Part shown: positions 8,203 through 16,864 of the stretch, piece by piece | How the letters are laid out: every line of letters starts with the position of its first letter | Position numbering within the stretch: the first letter of the stretch is position 1 | Source of the DNA: an uncultured Candidatus Rokubacteria bacterium | GTDB taxonomy: Bacteria > Methylomirabilota > Methylomirabilia > Rokubacteriales > DASRDR01 | Length of the DNA stretch: 64,000 nt | NCBI GenBank assembly: GCA_963826115.1 | Contig: CAWGVS010000001.1 | Coordinates: forward strand, 32,001 to 96,000 | Reading direction: 5' to 3' | The notes under the pieces: generated by a model | Databases searched by the model: none | Told to the model about the DNA's origin: nothing | The model's input: only the letters and a program-made list of their open reading frames with translations | Program-made: the position numbers and the translations under genes

Positions 8203-9937
8203 GCACGAAGAACCGCGCGGGCCGGTCCCCGAAGCCGTGGGCCAGCGGCCGGCGGCTGAAGCAGGCGGCGCCCGCCTGCGCGATGTGGACGCCGTCGTCC
8301 TCGCACGGAACGACGAGCGCGACGTGGCCGGGCCCGAAAGGGTTGTGCCAGATGGCCACCGCCGGCGACCCGGCCCGGGCCGCCTCGACCGCACCGGCCG
8401 CATCCGCCTCGCGCCATCCGTCCGCCGCGCCGTGCGCCTCCAGCCAGCGGAGCGTGCGATTGGCGGTCAGCTCCCTCCCCTGCCCGACCGGCACCGGGCG
8501 CCCCGCCTCGTCCACGCAGTGCGGAATCTCGGCGCCGAGCGCGCGCGTGGCGTCCCATACGAAGATGTTGCACCACGTGGTGGAGCCGCGCGGTGTCGAC
8601 ACGGGGCGATAGCGTGGAGTCGTCTCGACGTCGAACTGCGCGACGACCTCCAGGAGCCGGGCCGGGCTCCGGGCCGCCGGCGTCGAGCGAACCGGCGCGT
8701 CCACCGGCATCCAGGGCGGCCGGTCGAGCCAGATCCCGGCGGGGGTGGGTCTCGCGGCATCCTGATCCGCGGGCGGCGCCGTCGGCCGAGTCGGTCGGCC
8801 GAGGCGAATCTCGAGCCGGCGGCGAATCTTCCGCGCCATGACGCCGGCGAGCCCCCGGTAGCTCTCCTGCTCGTAGCCGAGACGCAGGTACCGGGGAAAC
8901 CCGAGCATCGATCGGGCGAATCCCCGGCCGTCCGAGAGCCGATGGTGGTGGCACGCGTAGTAGAGCAGCGTGGTGCCGAGCGAGCGCGCCGCCCGGGCTC
9001 CCGTCTCGTGCTCGACGCGCTGGGTCCACGGCACCCTGATCCCGCGGAGGGTGGTCACGACGCTCGGCGGCACCGGCGCGTCCAGGATCTCCACGAGGAG
9101 CGCCAGCGTCACGCGCATCGGCAGCACCAGGCCGCGGCGACGCGTCTGATCGACGAGACGGTCCCAGTCGATGCCGGCGCCCGGGTAGCGCAGGATCATG
9201 TGCGCATCGGCGACCCAGCGGAGCGACGGCGTCCCGCCCCCGTGGGCGCCGTGCACGCACGCGTGCAAGAGCTGGTCGGTCGGGCAGAGCGTCCGCGTGG
9301 ACGCGCCGCGCAGCTCCAGGGGGACCGACGCGGCCCAGAAGTCGGCGTCGGCGTCCCGGCCACCGCTCTCCCACAGGACGTGCCAGTGCAGATCCACTCG
9401 CTGGCCGCTCGGGTGACGGAACTCGTGCGCGTGATGCACGCCGATGGTGAGCTCGGGGCGGCGCGCCTCCGGAATCCAGCCCTCGGGGGTCCAGCCCTTC
9501 CCCGCGAGGAGCGCCATCACCGACCGCGCCCGATCGGTGGGCACGAGGACGTCCGTGTCCATCATCGGGCGGAGCCCACGGTCCGGGTAGTACAGGGTGG
9601 CCAGCGCGGCCCCCTTCAGGACGAGGGTGGGGACGCCCGCCTCCTCGAGCATCCGGAGGAGGGTGGCGGTCTCGATGAGGCGCTCCGTGTTCCGGGTCCA
9701 CACGCGGCGTCGCACCCCGCGCAGCCGGGGCAGGATCGGATCCTCCACGCCGAGCACCGACAGGTTGCGGGCGACCAGCGGCAGGAGGCGGCCCGACCCC
9801 TCGTCGAGGGCGTCGAGGTCGACGCGCGGCCGCCACTCGCGCCAGGCCGCCACGCCCGGTGGTCCCTCGAGCAGGGCGGCTCGCAGGAGGAGCCGCTGCT
9901 CGGCGGTCGGCCAGCAGTTCACGAAGCGCGCCGTCAC
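8195..9937 (-). CDS. NTP_transf_5 nucleotidyltransferase fused to C-terminal Cys/His (CHAP/papain-like) domain
   Basis: LKGAALATLYY..LRPMMDTDVLV..VDLHWH..LRWVAD..IDWD; C-terminal TWCNIFVWD..GHVALV..IAQAG; GTG start overlaps the LCP stop. Confidence 0.8.
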   Translation of the reverse strand: MTARFVNCWPTAEQRLLLRAALLEGPPGVAAWREWRPRVDLDALDEGSGRLLPLVARNLSVLGVEDPILPRLRGVRRRVWTRNTERLIETATLLRMLEEAGVPTLVLKGAALATLYYPDRGLRPMMDTDVLVPTDRARSVMALLAGKGWTPEGWIPEARRPELTIGVHHAHEFRHPSGQRVDLHWHVLWESGGRDADADFWAASVPLELRGASTRTLCPTDQLLHACVHGAHGGGTPSLRWVADAHMILRYPGAGIDWDRLVDQTRRRGLVLPMRVTLALLVEILDAPVPPSVVTTLRGIRVPWTQRVEHETGARAARSLGTTLLYYACHHHRLSDGRGFARSMLGFPRYLRLGYEQESYRGLAGVMARKIRRRLEIRLGRPTRPTAPPADQDAARPTPAGIWLDRPPWMPVDAPVRSTPAARSPARLLEVVAQFDVETTPRYRPVSTPRGSTTWCNIFVWDATRALGAEIPHCVDEAGRPVPVGQGRELTANRTLRWLEAHGAADGWREADAAGAVEAARAGSPAVAIWHNPFGPGHVALVVPCEDDGVHIAQAGAACFSRRPLAHGFGDRPARFFVHA

Positions 9938-10605
9938 GGGCGCGCCGCTCCGGCAGGGTCGCGGCCGCTTCCGCTCCGCACCAGGACCATCTGGCCCGCG
10001 ATGGTGACGGGCACGAGGTCCGGGACGGTCTCGAGTCGCCAGTCGGGCCGCACCTCTCCGAGCTCGGCCAGGCAGTCCGCGCCGCGCATCGAGTACCAGG
10101 CGGGACGGGCGAGCGCGCGCCGGAAGTCGAAGCCCTTGTCCAGGAGGCGGCGCACGAAAATCTTCTGCCGCTCGATCCGGTGGAGATCCGTGTCGCGGGC
10201 GCCCACCCACTGATGAATCCGCTCTCCCCGCAGGGCCTCGGCCGGCGGATTGAAGACGACCTCCTTCCGGCCTTCCTCGATCGGCGCCTGCGGCGTCAGG
10301 GGATAGGCGAATGTCATCCGCCGCGGCACGGGCACCACCACGACGACGTCGGCAAGGGCCTCCTCCGTGGCTTCCCGGGACAGGACGAGACTGTTCTGGG
10401 CGCGAAAGCCGTGCTCGTCGAGCGCCGCGACGAGCAGGTCGTGGCCGCCGCGGCTGAAGGCGCGATTGACGCGCGCCTGGGTCGTCTCGCACCAGAGATC
10501 GCGCGGGATCCACGTCAGCCGGCGCTCTGCCGGATCGACCAGCACGAGGTTGTCCGTGTTCGCCCGAAGCCCGGGCCGGTCCATGATCCCGACGATGGTG
10601 CTCAC
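9934..10605 (-). CDS. LCP (LytR-CpsA-Psr) family protein without membrane anchor
   Basis: NTDNLVLV, IPRDLW, RVNRAFSRGG, LRGE..ARDTDLHRIERQK motifs. Confidence 0.75.
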   Translation of the reverse strand: MSTIVGIMDRPGLRANTDNLVLVDPAERRLTWIPRDLWCETTQARVNRAFSRGGHDLLVAALDEHGFRAQNSLVLSREATEEALADVVVVVPVPRRMTFAYPLTPQAPIEEGRKEVVFNPPAEALRGERIHQWVGARDTDLHRIERQKIFVRRLLDKGFDFRRALARPAWYSMRGADCLAELGEVRPDWRLETVPDLVPVTIAGQMVLVRSGSGRDPAGAARP

Positions 10606-10628
10606 CGGTCAGGCCTTACGTGTGGCGC

Positions 10629-11405
10629 TCACGGGCGTCCGACCGGAACGTCGAAGCGCCCGAGGTAGTCGAGCATTGCCGACAGCGCGTCAGTGAGCCC
10701 AAGCCGGAGCGTGGCCCCCCGAACCATGTCCCAGTCCAGATCCGGGGACCGGCGAAGCACGTGCGCGGCATCGGCCAGCCAGATCAAGCGGGTGCGAGGA
10801 TCCCAGGATCGACGCTGGCTCGCGATGTGGACGAGCTGGTCGGCCGCGCTCATCACGGCGCAGGCCGCGCCCATCACGGTCACCGTGTCGACACGGTCGA
10901 GGACCTCGCTGGCGCACGCCCCCGGATAGGACGCATCGTGCAGGACGAGGGCCTCGCGCTGGTGATCCGGCCATTCCGGCCCGCCGTCGGGGACGGGCAG
11001 CCAGACGTCGAGGGTCGTGAAGGGCCGCGCTCCCGGGCTGTCGTAGTAGCGGACGGCCATGGCCGTGCCCTTCAGCAGGACGGGAGCGACCGCGGGCTTC
11101 CCCGCCCGGACCGCCGCCGCCAGCGCGTGGAGCCTCGCATTGTTCTTGTACCAGTTGTGAAGATAGACGTTCCGGCACCGCGCGAGCACCGGGTGCGTCA
11201 CGTCATGGCGGAGATTCCAGTAGAGGAGCGGCATGAGCCACTGCGAATCGGGCTCGAGCTGCTCCTCGAGTCCCTCGGCGTCGAGCCCGTCCACCCAGCG
11301 CCGCCACGCGTCCAGGGCCGGCGCGCCCCGGCGGAGCGCGGCCTCCAGGAGGAGCGCCTGGCGCGCGCTCGGCCAGGGATCGAGGTCGAGGGCCGGCCGG
11401 ATCAC
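10629..11405 (-). CDS. NTP_transf_5 nucleotidyltransferase paralog (degenerate active site)
   Basis: LLKGTAMAVRYY..ARPFTTLDV..DQLVH..LIWLAD..DLDWD; GTG start overlaps the kinase stop. Confidence 0.75.
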   Translation of the reverse strand: MIRPALDLDPWPSARQALLLEAALRRGAPALDAWRRWVDGLDAEGLEEQLEPDSQWLMPLLYWNLRHDVTHPVLARCRNVYLHNWYKNNARLHALAAAVRAGKPAVAPVLLKGTAMAVRYYDSPGARPFTTLDVWLPVPDGGPEWPDHQREALVLHDASYPGACASEVLDRVDTVTVMGAACAVMSAADQLVHIASQRRSWDPRTRLIWLADAAHVLRRSPDLDWDMVRGATLRLGLTDALSAMLDYLGRFDVPVGRP

Positions 11406-12457
11406 GCGCCCGACAGCAGCCCGGCGACGACGTCCGGGATCCGGTCGAGGTCCCGGCCGAGCGCCAGCTCGTAGCACGGCACCGTGTCGGCCACCCGGCG
11501 GAGACCATGCGTGGTCAGCGCGGGGTTGCCCAGGACCGTGAAGAGCGTGTCCAGGATCAGCGCGCGGAAGGCCGTGCTCGGGGACACCGGCCGGAGGCGC
11601 GTCTCGCGCGCGTCGGCCACTCGCGGAAGCAGGAGCGCCCGGATGGGAAACTCCCGCAGCATCCGCGACGGGCTCACGTCGTCCAGACAGATCAGGGCCT
11701 TCTCGGCCTCGGGCCGCTCGGGATTGGACACGGCCGCGCCGAGCTCGGGGAACCACGCGAGCGACTGTCGGTTGAGCCGCGTCACCCCGTAGAGGTTGTA
11801 CGCGCGCGGCTCGCCGCCGGCCGAGACCATGACGTTGTCGTCCCCCAGGTATCCGAGGCCGGCCCGCCAGCACAGCGCCGCCGTCGTGGACTTGCCGGAG
11901 CCGGATCGGCCGCTCATCAGAACCCCGCCCGAGGCCCGGCCGACGGCCGACGCATGGGCGGCGAAGAGCCCGTCCCGCTGGAGCCAGCCCTGGAGGACAT
12001 GTCGAAGCGGCGTGGCGCGCTCGGGGAACGACACGGAGCCCGCGTCCTCCATCCAGTGCACGGCCCGGCCATCGACGTTGTCGACCGCGCTGAAGGCCCG
12101 CGTGGGGCGGTCGTAGACGAGCACGAAGCGGTCGTCGCGGAAGCCCCGCATGTTGGCGCGCTCGAAGTACGGCACGGCCTCCCAGGGCGGAGGGCGAAGC
12201 ACGACGCCGGTGGAGCGGCGGTCCCACACGAGCGCGGTCAGCGACGGGGTGGCGGGCGCGGTCTCGAGATGCCGCAGCGCGGGCATCAGCGCGTCCGCCA
12301 GCGCCGCGCCGGCGAACCTCAGGCGTGCCCCGCGCCCGGCGACGTGGAGGCGATGCTCCACGACCTTGGCCGAGCGGTCCGCCGCCTCCGCGAAGGACGC
12401 CTCGGCCTCGTCGAAGAAGCCCTTCAGGGCCTCCTCGGCCGCCGGTCGCCCGGTCAT
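11402..12457 (-). CDS. HPr kinase-related P-loop kinase
   Basis: HASAV..GVLMSGRSGSGKSTT..YLGDD, the HPrK/PEPCK-like signature. Confidence 0.85.
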   Translation of the reverse strand: MTGRPAAEEALKGFFDEAEASFAEAADRSAKVVEHRLHVAGRGARLRFAGAALADALMPALRHLETAPATPSLTALVWDRRSTGVVLRPPPWEAVPYFERANMRGFRDDRFVLVYDRPTRAFSAVDNVDGRAVHWMEDAGSVSFPERATPLRHVLQGWLQRDGLFAAHASAVGRASGGVLMSGRSGSGKSTTAALCWRAGLGYLGDDNVMVSAGGEPRAYNLYGVTRLNRQSLAWFPELGAAVSNPERPEAEKALICLDDVSPSRMLREFPIRALLLPRVADARETRLRPVSPSTAFRALILDTLFTVLGNPALTTHGLRRVADTVPCYELALGRDLDRIPDVVAGLLSGA

Positions 12458-12900
12458 CGGTCCCGGGGAATCGGACGGCGCGGCCAGCCAGTCTCGTCGA
12501 AGTCGTGGATCGGATCCATCTGGATCAGCTTCGCCATGTCCGTGTAGCGATTGAGAACCGGCGGCACGAAGCTCGGCCCGAGATCGCCCGCGTCGGCGGC
12601 GCCGCTCCCGGCCGGGCCCGGCGCCGCGCCGGCCGAGACGGCCAGCAGGCCCTCGGCGGTCAGCTCCTCGACGAAGCGCCCAACCGCCTGCCGGATCGTC
12701 TCGCCCTCGGCCGGAAACCGCGCGCCGAGCGCCTGCGCCGCCTCCGCCGCGGTGGCGCCGGCCACGAGCTGCCGCCAGATCGCGGCCGCGGTGCCGTCGA
12801 GGATGTAGTAGTGTCCGCTGTCGAGGTTGACCACGACGATCTCGCCCTCCAGGACCTCGTAGACGACCCGGCTCTCGTCGACGACGAAGCGCGTGTGCAT
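12454..12900 (-). CDS. PqqD-family (RRE) protein with C-terminal extension
   Basis: EGEIVVVNLDSGHYYILDGTAAAIW..FVEELTAEGLL; purine-rich RBS upstream; tail FVPPVLNRYTDMAKLIQMDPIHDFDETGWP. Confidence 0.85.
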   Translation of the reverse strand: MHTRFVVDESRVVYEVLEGEIVVVNLDSGHYYILDGTAAAIWRQLVAGATAAEAAQALGARFPAEGETIRQAVGRFVEELTAEGLLAVSAGAAPGPAGSGAADAGDLGPSFVPPVLNRYTDMAKLIQMDPIHDFDETGWPRRPIPRDR

Positions 12901-12934
12901 CGGTCTTCCTCTCTGGCGGATCCGCCCGGCGCCG

Positions 12935-13804
12935 CTACAGGCGATCCGGGTCGAGGTCCAGGCGCCGCACGCTGTCCATGATCATCATCTGGCGAAGGCG
13001 AACCGCCGGCGCCGGACGTCGGATGTCGGTGCGGTCCGGGCTCGGGAGCGCCGCCGCCAGTAGGGCCGCATCCTGCAGGTTGAGGCTCGCCACGTCCTTC
13101 CGGAGCAGGATCCGCGAGGCGGCGCCCACGCCGAAGACGTCGGGCCCGAACTGCGCGACGTTGAGGTACACCTCGAGAATCCGGCGCTTCGGCCACGCGG
13201 CCTCGATGAGCACCGTGAAGTACGCTTCCAGGGCCTTCCTGACATAGGACCGTCTTGGCCAGAGAAACAGGTTCTTGGCCACCTGCTGGCTGATCGTGCT
13301 GGCGCCGCGCCGCGGGCCGCCTTCCCGATTGTGCCGAGCGGCGCGACGGATGCCGGACCAGTCGAAGCCGGCATGCGACACGAAGTGGGCGTCCTCGGCG
13401 CCGATCGCGGCGAGCCGCATGGACGGCGCCACCCCCTCGTAGGGCACCCATTCGTGGTGAATCGCCGACCCCGGGCCCCGGCGCCGGCGCGCCCCGGCCA
13501 TGAAGGCCGTGGTCGGAGGCCGGATCCAGCGCAGCGCCAGCACCGGCAGCGCCGACACGAGGAAGACGGCGGCGAGCCCGGTCAGAGCCGCCTGGCCCGG
13601 CGACCGAGGCCTCGCGACGCCGGCCGCCAGCGTCGCCACGGCCGAGAGGAGCACGAGTGCCAACAGGGCGCCGCGGAGCCGGGGCCATCGCGGCCGCGAC
13701 CGCGATCCGCCGTGTCGTGCCGGATCGAGGCCGCCCGACGTCCCGGTGGAGAGCCGCGCCGCCGCGAGACGGCCTCCGGCGGTCGGCGACGACCCTCTGG
13801 TCAC
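12935..13804 (-). CDS. mtgA: Monofunctional biosynthetic peptidoglycan transglycosylase (GT51); start uncertain
   Basis: AEDAHFVSHAGFD, RGASTISQQVAKNLFL, RKALE, KRRILEVYLN; N-terminal TM segments. Confidence 0.9.
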   Translation of the reverse strand: MTRGSSPTAGGRLAAARLSTGTSGGLDPARHGGSRSRPRWPRLRGALLALVLLSAVATLAAGVARPRSPGQAALTGLAAVFLVSALPVLALRWIRPPTTAFMAGARRRRGPGSAIHHEWVPYEGVAPSMRLAAIGAEDAHFVSHAGFDWSGIRRAARHNREGGPRRGASTISQQVAKNLFLWPRRSYVRKALEAYFTVLIEAAWPKRRILEVYLNVAQFGPDVFGVGAASRILLRKDVASLNLQDAALLAAALPSPDRTDIRRPAPAVRLRQMMIMDSVRRLDLDPDRL

Positions 13805-13818
13805 GACACGGTCGAGGG

Positions 13819-14517
13819 TCAGCGGGACGGCGCCGGGAAGCGCCGACGCGCCACGGTGGACGCGATGACCCGCGCGTATTCCTGCCGGGCCGCGCGCTCG
13901 CGGACGCCGAGGTTGTCGTCGTGCAGGCGGCGCTTGAGCACCACCTGCGGCACCAGGACCTCTTCGAGACCGAGGTCGCGCGCGCGAGCGTACCAGTCGA
14001 TGAACTCCCCCACCTGCCACCGCGTGTCGAAGAAGCCGACGCGACGGAAGTCCGACGCCCGAATCAGCAGCGTCCCCACCGAAGGCGCCCGCATCGCGTC
14101 ACCGCAGAGCGCGAGCTCCTGGCCCTGCGGATCGCCCGAATCCCGCACCTGGACGAGCTCGCCGAACGCCATGGCCGGGAGGGGAAGCCCCCGGAGCGCC
14201 TCCAGCTGCAGCTCCAGCTTGCGCGGATCCCAGAGGTCGTCCGCGTCCAGGAAGGCCAGGAACTCGCCTCGCGCCAGGCGGACACCGTGGTTCCGGGCCG
14301 CGGCCGGCCCGCCGTTCGGCTGCCCCACGACGCGGACGCGCGAATCCGGATAGCTCCGCGCCACCGCTCCGCTGCGGTCCGTCGAGCCGTCGTCGATGAC
14401 CAGGATCTCGAGCGCGGCATGGGTCTGCCGGGCCACGCTCTCGAGCGCCTGGGCCAGGTAGCGCTCGGCGTTGTACACGGGAATGACGACGCTGATCACC
14501 GCGGCGGGCGTACCCAT
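13819..14517 (-). CDS. Glycosyltransferase family 2
   Basis: ISVVIPVYNAERYL, IDDGSTD, NGGPAAARN, FLDADD. Confidence 0.9.
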   Translation of the reverse strand: MGTPAAVISVVIPVYNAERYLAQALESVARQTHAALEILVIDDGSTDRSGAVARSYPDSRVRVVGQPNGGPAAARNHGVRLARGEFLAFLDADDLWDPRKLELQLEALRGLPLPAMAFGELVQVRDSGDPQGQELALCGDAMRAPSVGTLLIRASDFRRVGFFDTRWQVGEFIDWYARARDLGLEEVLVPQVVLKRRLHDDNLGVRERAARQEYARVIASTVARRRFPAPSR

Positions 14518-14610
14518 GTCCGTCGATCGGTATCCTAGCAGACTCGGCCGCGAGGAGTGGGCGGCCCGACCGTTTCTCGGAGGACTTCGTACGGTACCAT
14601 TTCCGGTGTG

Positions 14611-15573
14611 ATGCGCGACGCCGCGCCGATCCCCCTCCGACCGATCCGGGGCCGCTGGGCTTCGCTGCTCGACCGGGCAGGCCTCCGGCCCCACCCTCCC
14701 CGGACGGCACGGGGCGAGGGGCTCAAGCACCTCGTCTTCGTGTGGAAGTTCTCGGTCGACGGGCAGCCCCAAGCCATCGGCGCCGTCCTCGAGCGGAACA
14801 ACCTCGGCATCCTGCTCAAGACGCACAGCGGCGTCGAGTGGATGTCGAAGTACGACCCGTCGCCGTTCGCCGTGACCGGCCCCGACCAGATCGCGACCCT
14901 GGCCCGCTACTACGAGGAGGCCGGTGTCCCCTTCCACGCGTGGACCGTCGTCAAGGGCGTCGACGTCGCGCGAGAGGCGCGGATGGCCGCGGAGGTTCTC
15001 GAGGCCGGCGCGCGGAGCCTCGTCGTCGACCTCGAGCCCCACGATCGGTTCTGGCAAGGCACGGCGGCCGACGCCGCCCGATACGGCCGGGATCTGCGGC
15101 GTCTGGCGCCGGACGGCCGCGTGGTCCTCTCCGTCGACCCCCGTCCGTGGGCAATGGCGCAGGTACCGATGGCGGAATTCGCCGCCTTCGCGGACGAGAT
15201 CGCGCCGCAGCAGTACTGGCGCTCGTTCGACACCCCGACCGATCGCGAGCGCTTCACGCGAGCCGGCTTCCCGGTGCCGCCCCGCGGCGTCACGCCCGAG
15301 TTCCTCAACGACGTCTCGGCCAAGACACTCGGCGGCTACGGCCTGCCGCTCAGCCCGACCGGCCAGGGCGCGGCCAACGATGTCGGCGCGTGGCGCCGCT
15401 TCGTCGACCACGCCTACGGTCTCGGCGCCTGCGCTGTCTCATGCTGGCGCTACGGCGTCACCGGGCGGGCCGTCTTCCGCTTCTTGCGTCGCACGCCTCC
15501 ACGCGCGCCGTCACCCGGAGCCAGCCGGCGGTCAGCACCAGACCGTCGCGCCGAGGACTCGCCCCGAGGGTGA
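14611..15573 (+). CDS. Hypothetical protein, possible TIM-barrel glycoside hydrolase-like
   Basis: LLKTHSG, HAW, VVDLEP, APQQYW, P.GQ, SCWRY pattern of a beta/alpha barrel; divergent from the envelope operon. Confidence 0.55.
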   Translation: MRDAAPIPLRPIRGRWASLLDRAGLRPHPPRTARGEGLKHLVFVWKFSVDGQPQAIGAVLERNNLGILLKTHSGVEWMSKYDPSPFAVTGPDQIATLARYYEEAGVPFHAWTVVKGVDVAREARMAAEVLEAGARSLVVDLEPHDRFWQGTAADAARYGRDLRRLAPDGRVVLSVDPRPWAMAQVPMAEFAAFADEIAPQQYWRSFDTPTDRERFTRAGFPVPPRGVTPEFLNDVSAKTLGGYGLPLSPTGQGAANDVGAWRRFVDHAYGLGACAVSCWRYGVTGRAVFRFLRRTPPRAPSPGASRRSAPDRRAEDSPRG

Positions 15574-15668
15574 CGGGCTCGCCGACGGCCGGGCGCGAGC
15601 GCTCGGGCCAAATCGGGTCGGCCGAGACGCACCAGTTCCGCTCCGGGCGTGCTTGCGTGGGCTTCCGC

Positions 15669-16853
15669 TCAGGCCACCGAGGCGAGTGCCGGGAGCCCGT
15701 CGACGCGCGGTGCGCGGCCGAGGGAGCGGATCAGGTCCTCCTCGCGCCCCATCAGCTTGCTCAGCTGGTGGTGGAGCGTCCGGGCCCGGTCGAGGTCCCA
15801 GTCGAACGAGGCGACCTCGTCCGAGAGGTCGAGGAACTCGGCCGCGAACGGGTCGCGCGCGGCCTGGTAGGCCCGGAGCGCCTCGTCCGTTCCGGCCACG
15901 ACGGCGCGGGCCAGCAGCTCCGCGTCGCGCAGGGCATCGGACATGCCGTGCGCCGTGATCGGGTCCTTGAAGCACCCCGCGTCGCCGACCAGCGCCCAGC
16001 CGGGGCCCCACGCCTGCCGGATGAACCCGGCCCGGCCGGGGAACGGGTGGAGCTTCCCGTCGCGCTCGGCGACGGCCACCCGCGCGGCGAGGGCCGCGTC
16101 CGTCTCGGCGAGCGCCTGGCCGTAGAGCGCGTCGAGCCCGAGGGCGCGCTGGGCCTCGTAGCGCTCGGGCCGCATCGCCACGAACACGTTGGCGCGGCCG
16201 TCGTTGGTCGGAATCGCGCCCGCGCCCAGGTCCTTCCGGAAGTACCAGTGCGTGCCGTCGAGCTCGAGCCCCCGCCAGTAGCCGTAGATCACGATACCGA
16301 GGTGCCGGCCGGCCCGCAGGACGGGCGCGCCCACCGCGCGCGCGACGCCGGACCGCGCGCCGTCCGCCCCGATCACGATGCGCGCGTCCACGCGGCGCGT
16401 CGCGCCTTCGGGATCCGTGACGTCGATCCCGCGTACCCGCCCGGCGGCATCGCGCACGACGTCGCCCGCGCTCGCGCCGTGGACGACCCGGGCACCCGCC
16501 TCGGCGGCGGCGTCCGCCAGCACGGCGTCGAGGAGGGTCCGCCGCGGCGCGTAGAGCGCCTCGAGCCCATCCCGCGGCTGGAAGGGCACCGGGACCGCGT
16601 CCTCCGCGTAGTGGAACGTCGTCCGGCGGATGGGCGGCGTCCCCGCGGCGACGATGCGCTCGAGGACGCCCCAGCGCTCGAGCTGCATGAGGCCGGGGCG
16701 CATCAGGGCGTGGGTCGACGTCGTGTCGCTCCCGCGAGCGCTCCGCTCGACGACCAGGACCGACAGGCCCGCGCGGGCCAGGAGGAGCGCCGTGCTCGCG
16801 CCGGCCACGCGCGCGCCGACGACGACCGCGTCGTATCGCGGCTCGAGAGTCAT
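15669..16853 (-). CDS. FAD-dependent oxidoreductase (geranylgeranyl reductase/FixC-like)
   Basis: VVVGARVAG, APRRTLLD, IGADG, VGDAGCFKDPITAHGMSDALRDA. Confidence 0.85.
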   Translation of the reverse strand: MTLEPRYDAVVVGARVAGASTALLLARAGLSVLVVERSARGSDTTSTHALMRPGLMQLERWGVLERIVAAGTPPIRRTTFHYAEDAVPVPFQPRDGLEALYAPRRTLLDAVLADAAAEAGARVVHGASAGDVVRDAAGRVRGIDVTDPEGATRRVDARIVIGADGARSGVARAVGAPVLRAGRHLGIVIYGYWRGLELDGTHWYFRKDLGAGAIPTNDGRANVFVAMRPERYEAQRALGLDALYGQALAETDAALAARVAVAERDGKLHPFPGRAGFIRQAWGPGWALVGDAGCFKDPITAHGMSDALRDAELLARAVVAGTDEALRAYQAARDPFAAEFLDLSDEVASFDWDLDRARTLHHQLSKLMGREEDLIRSLGRAPRVDGLPALASVA

Positions 16854-16864
16854 GATCGTTCTCC

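Noticed and set aside
6395-14517. Classical lasso peptide or PQQ biosynthesis cluster
   Set aside because: No asparagine-synthetase-like cyclase, standalone precursor, radical SAM PqqE or PqqC in the window
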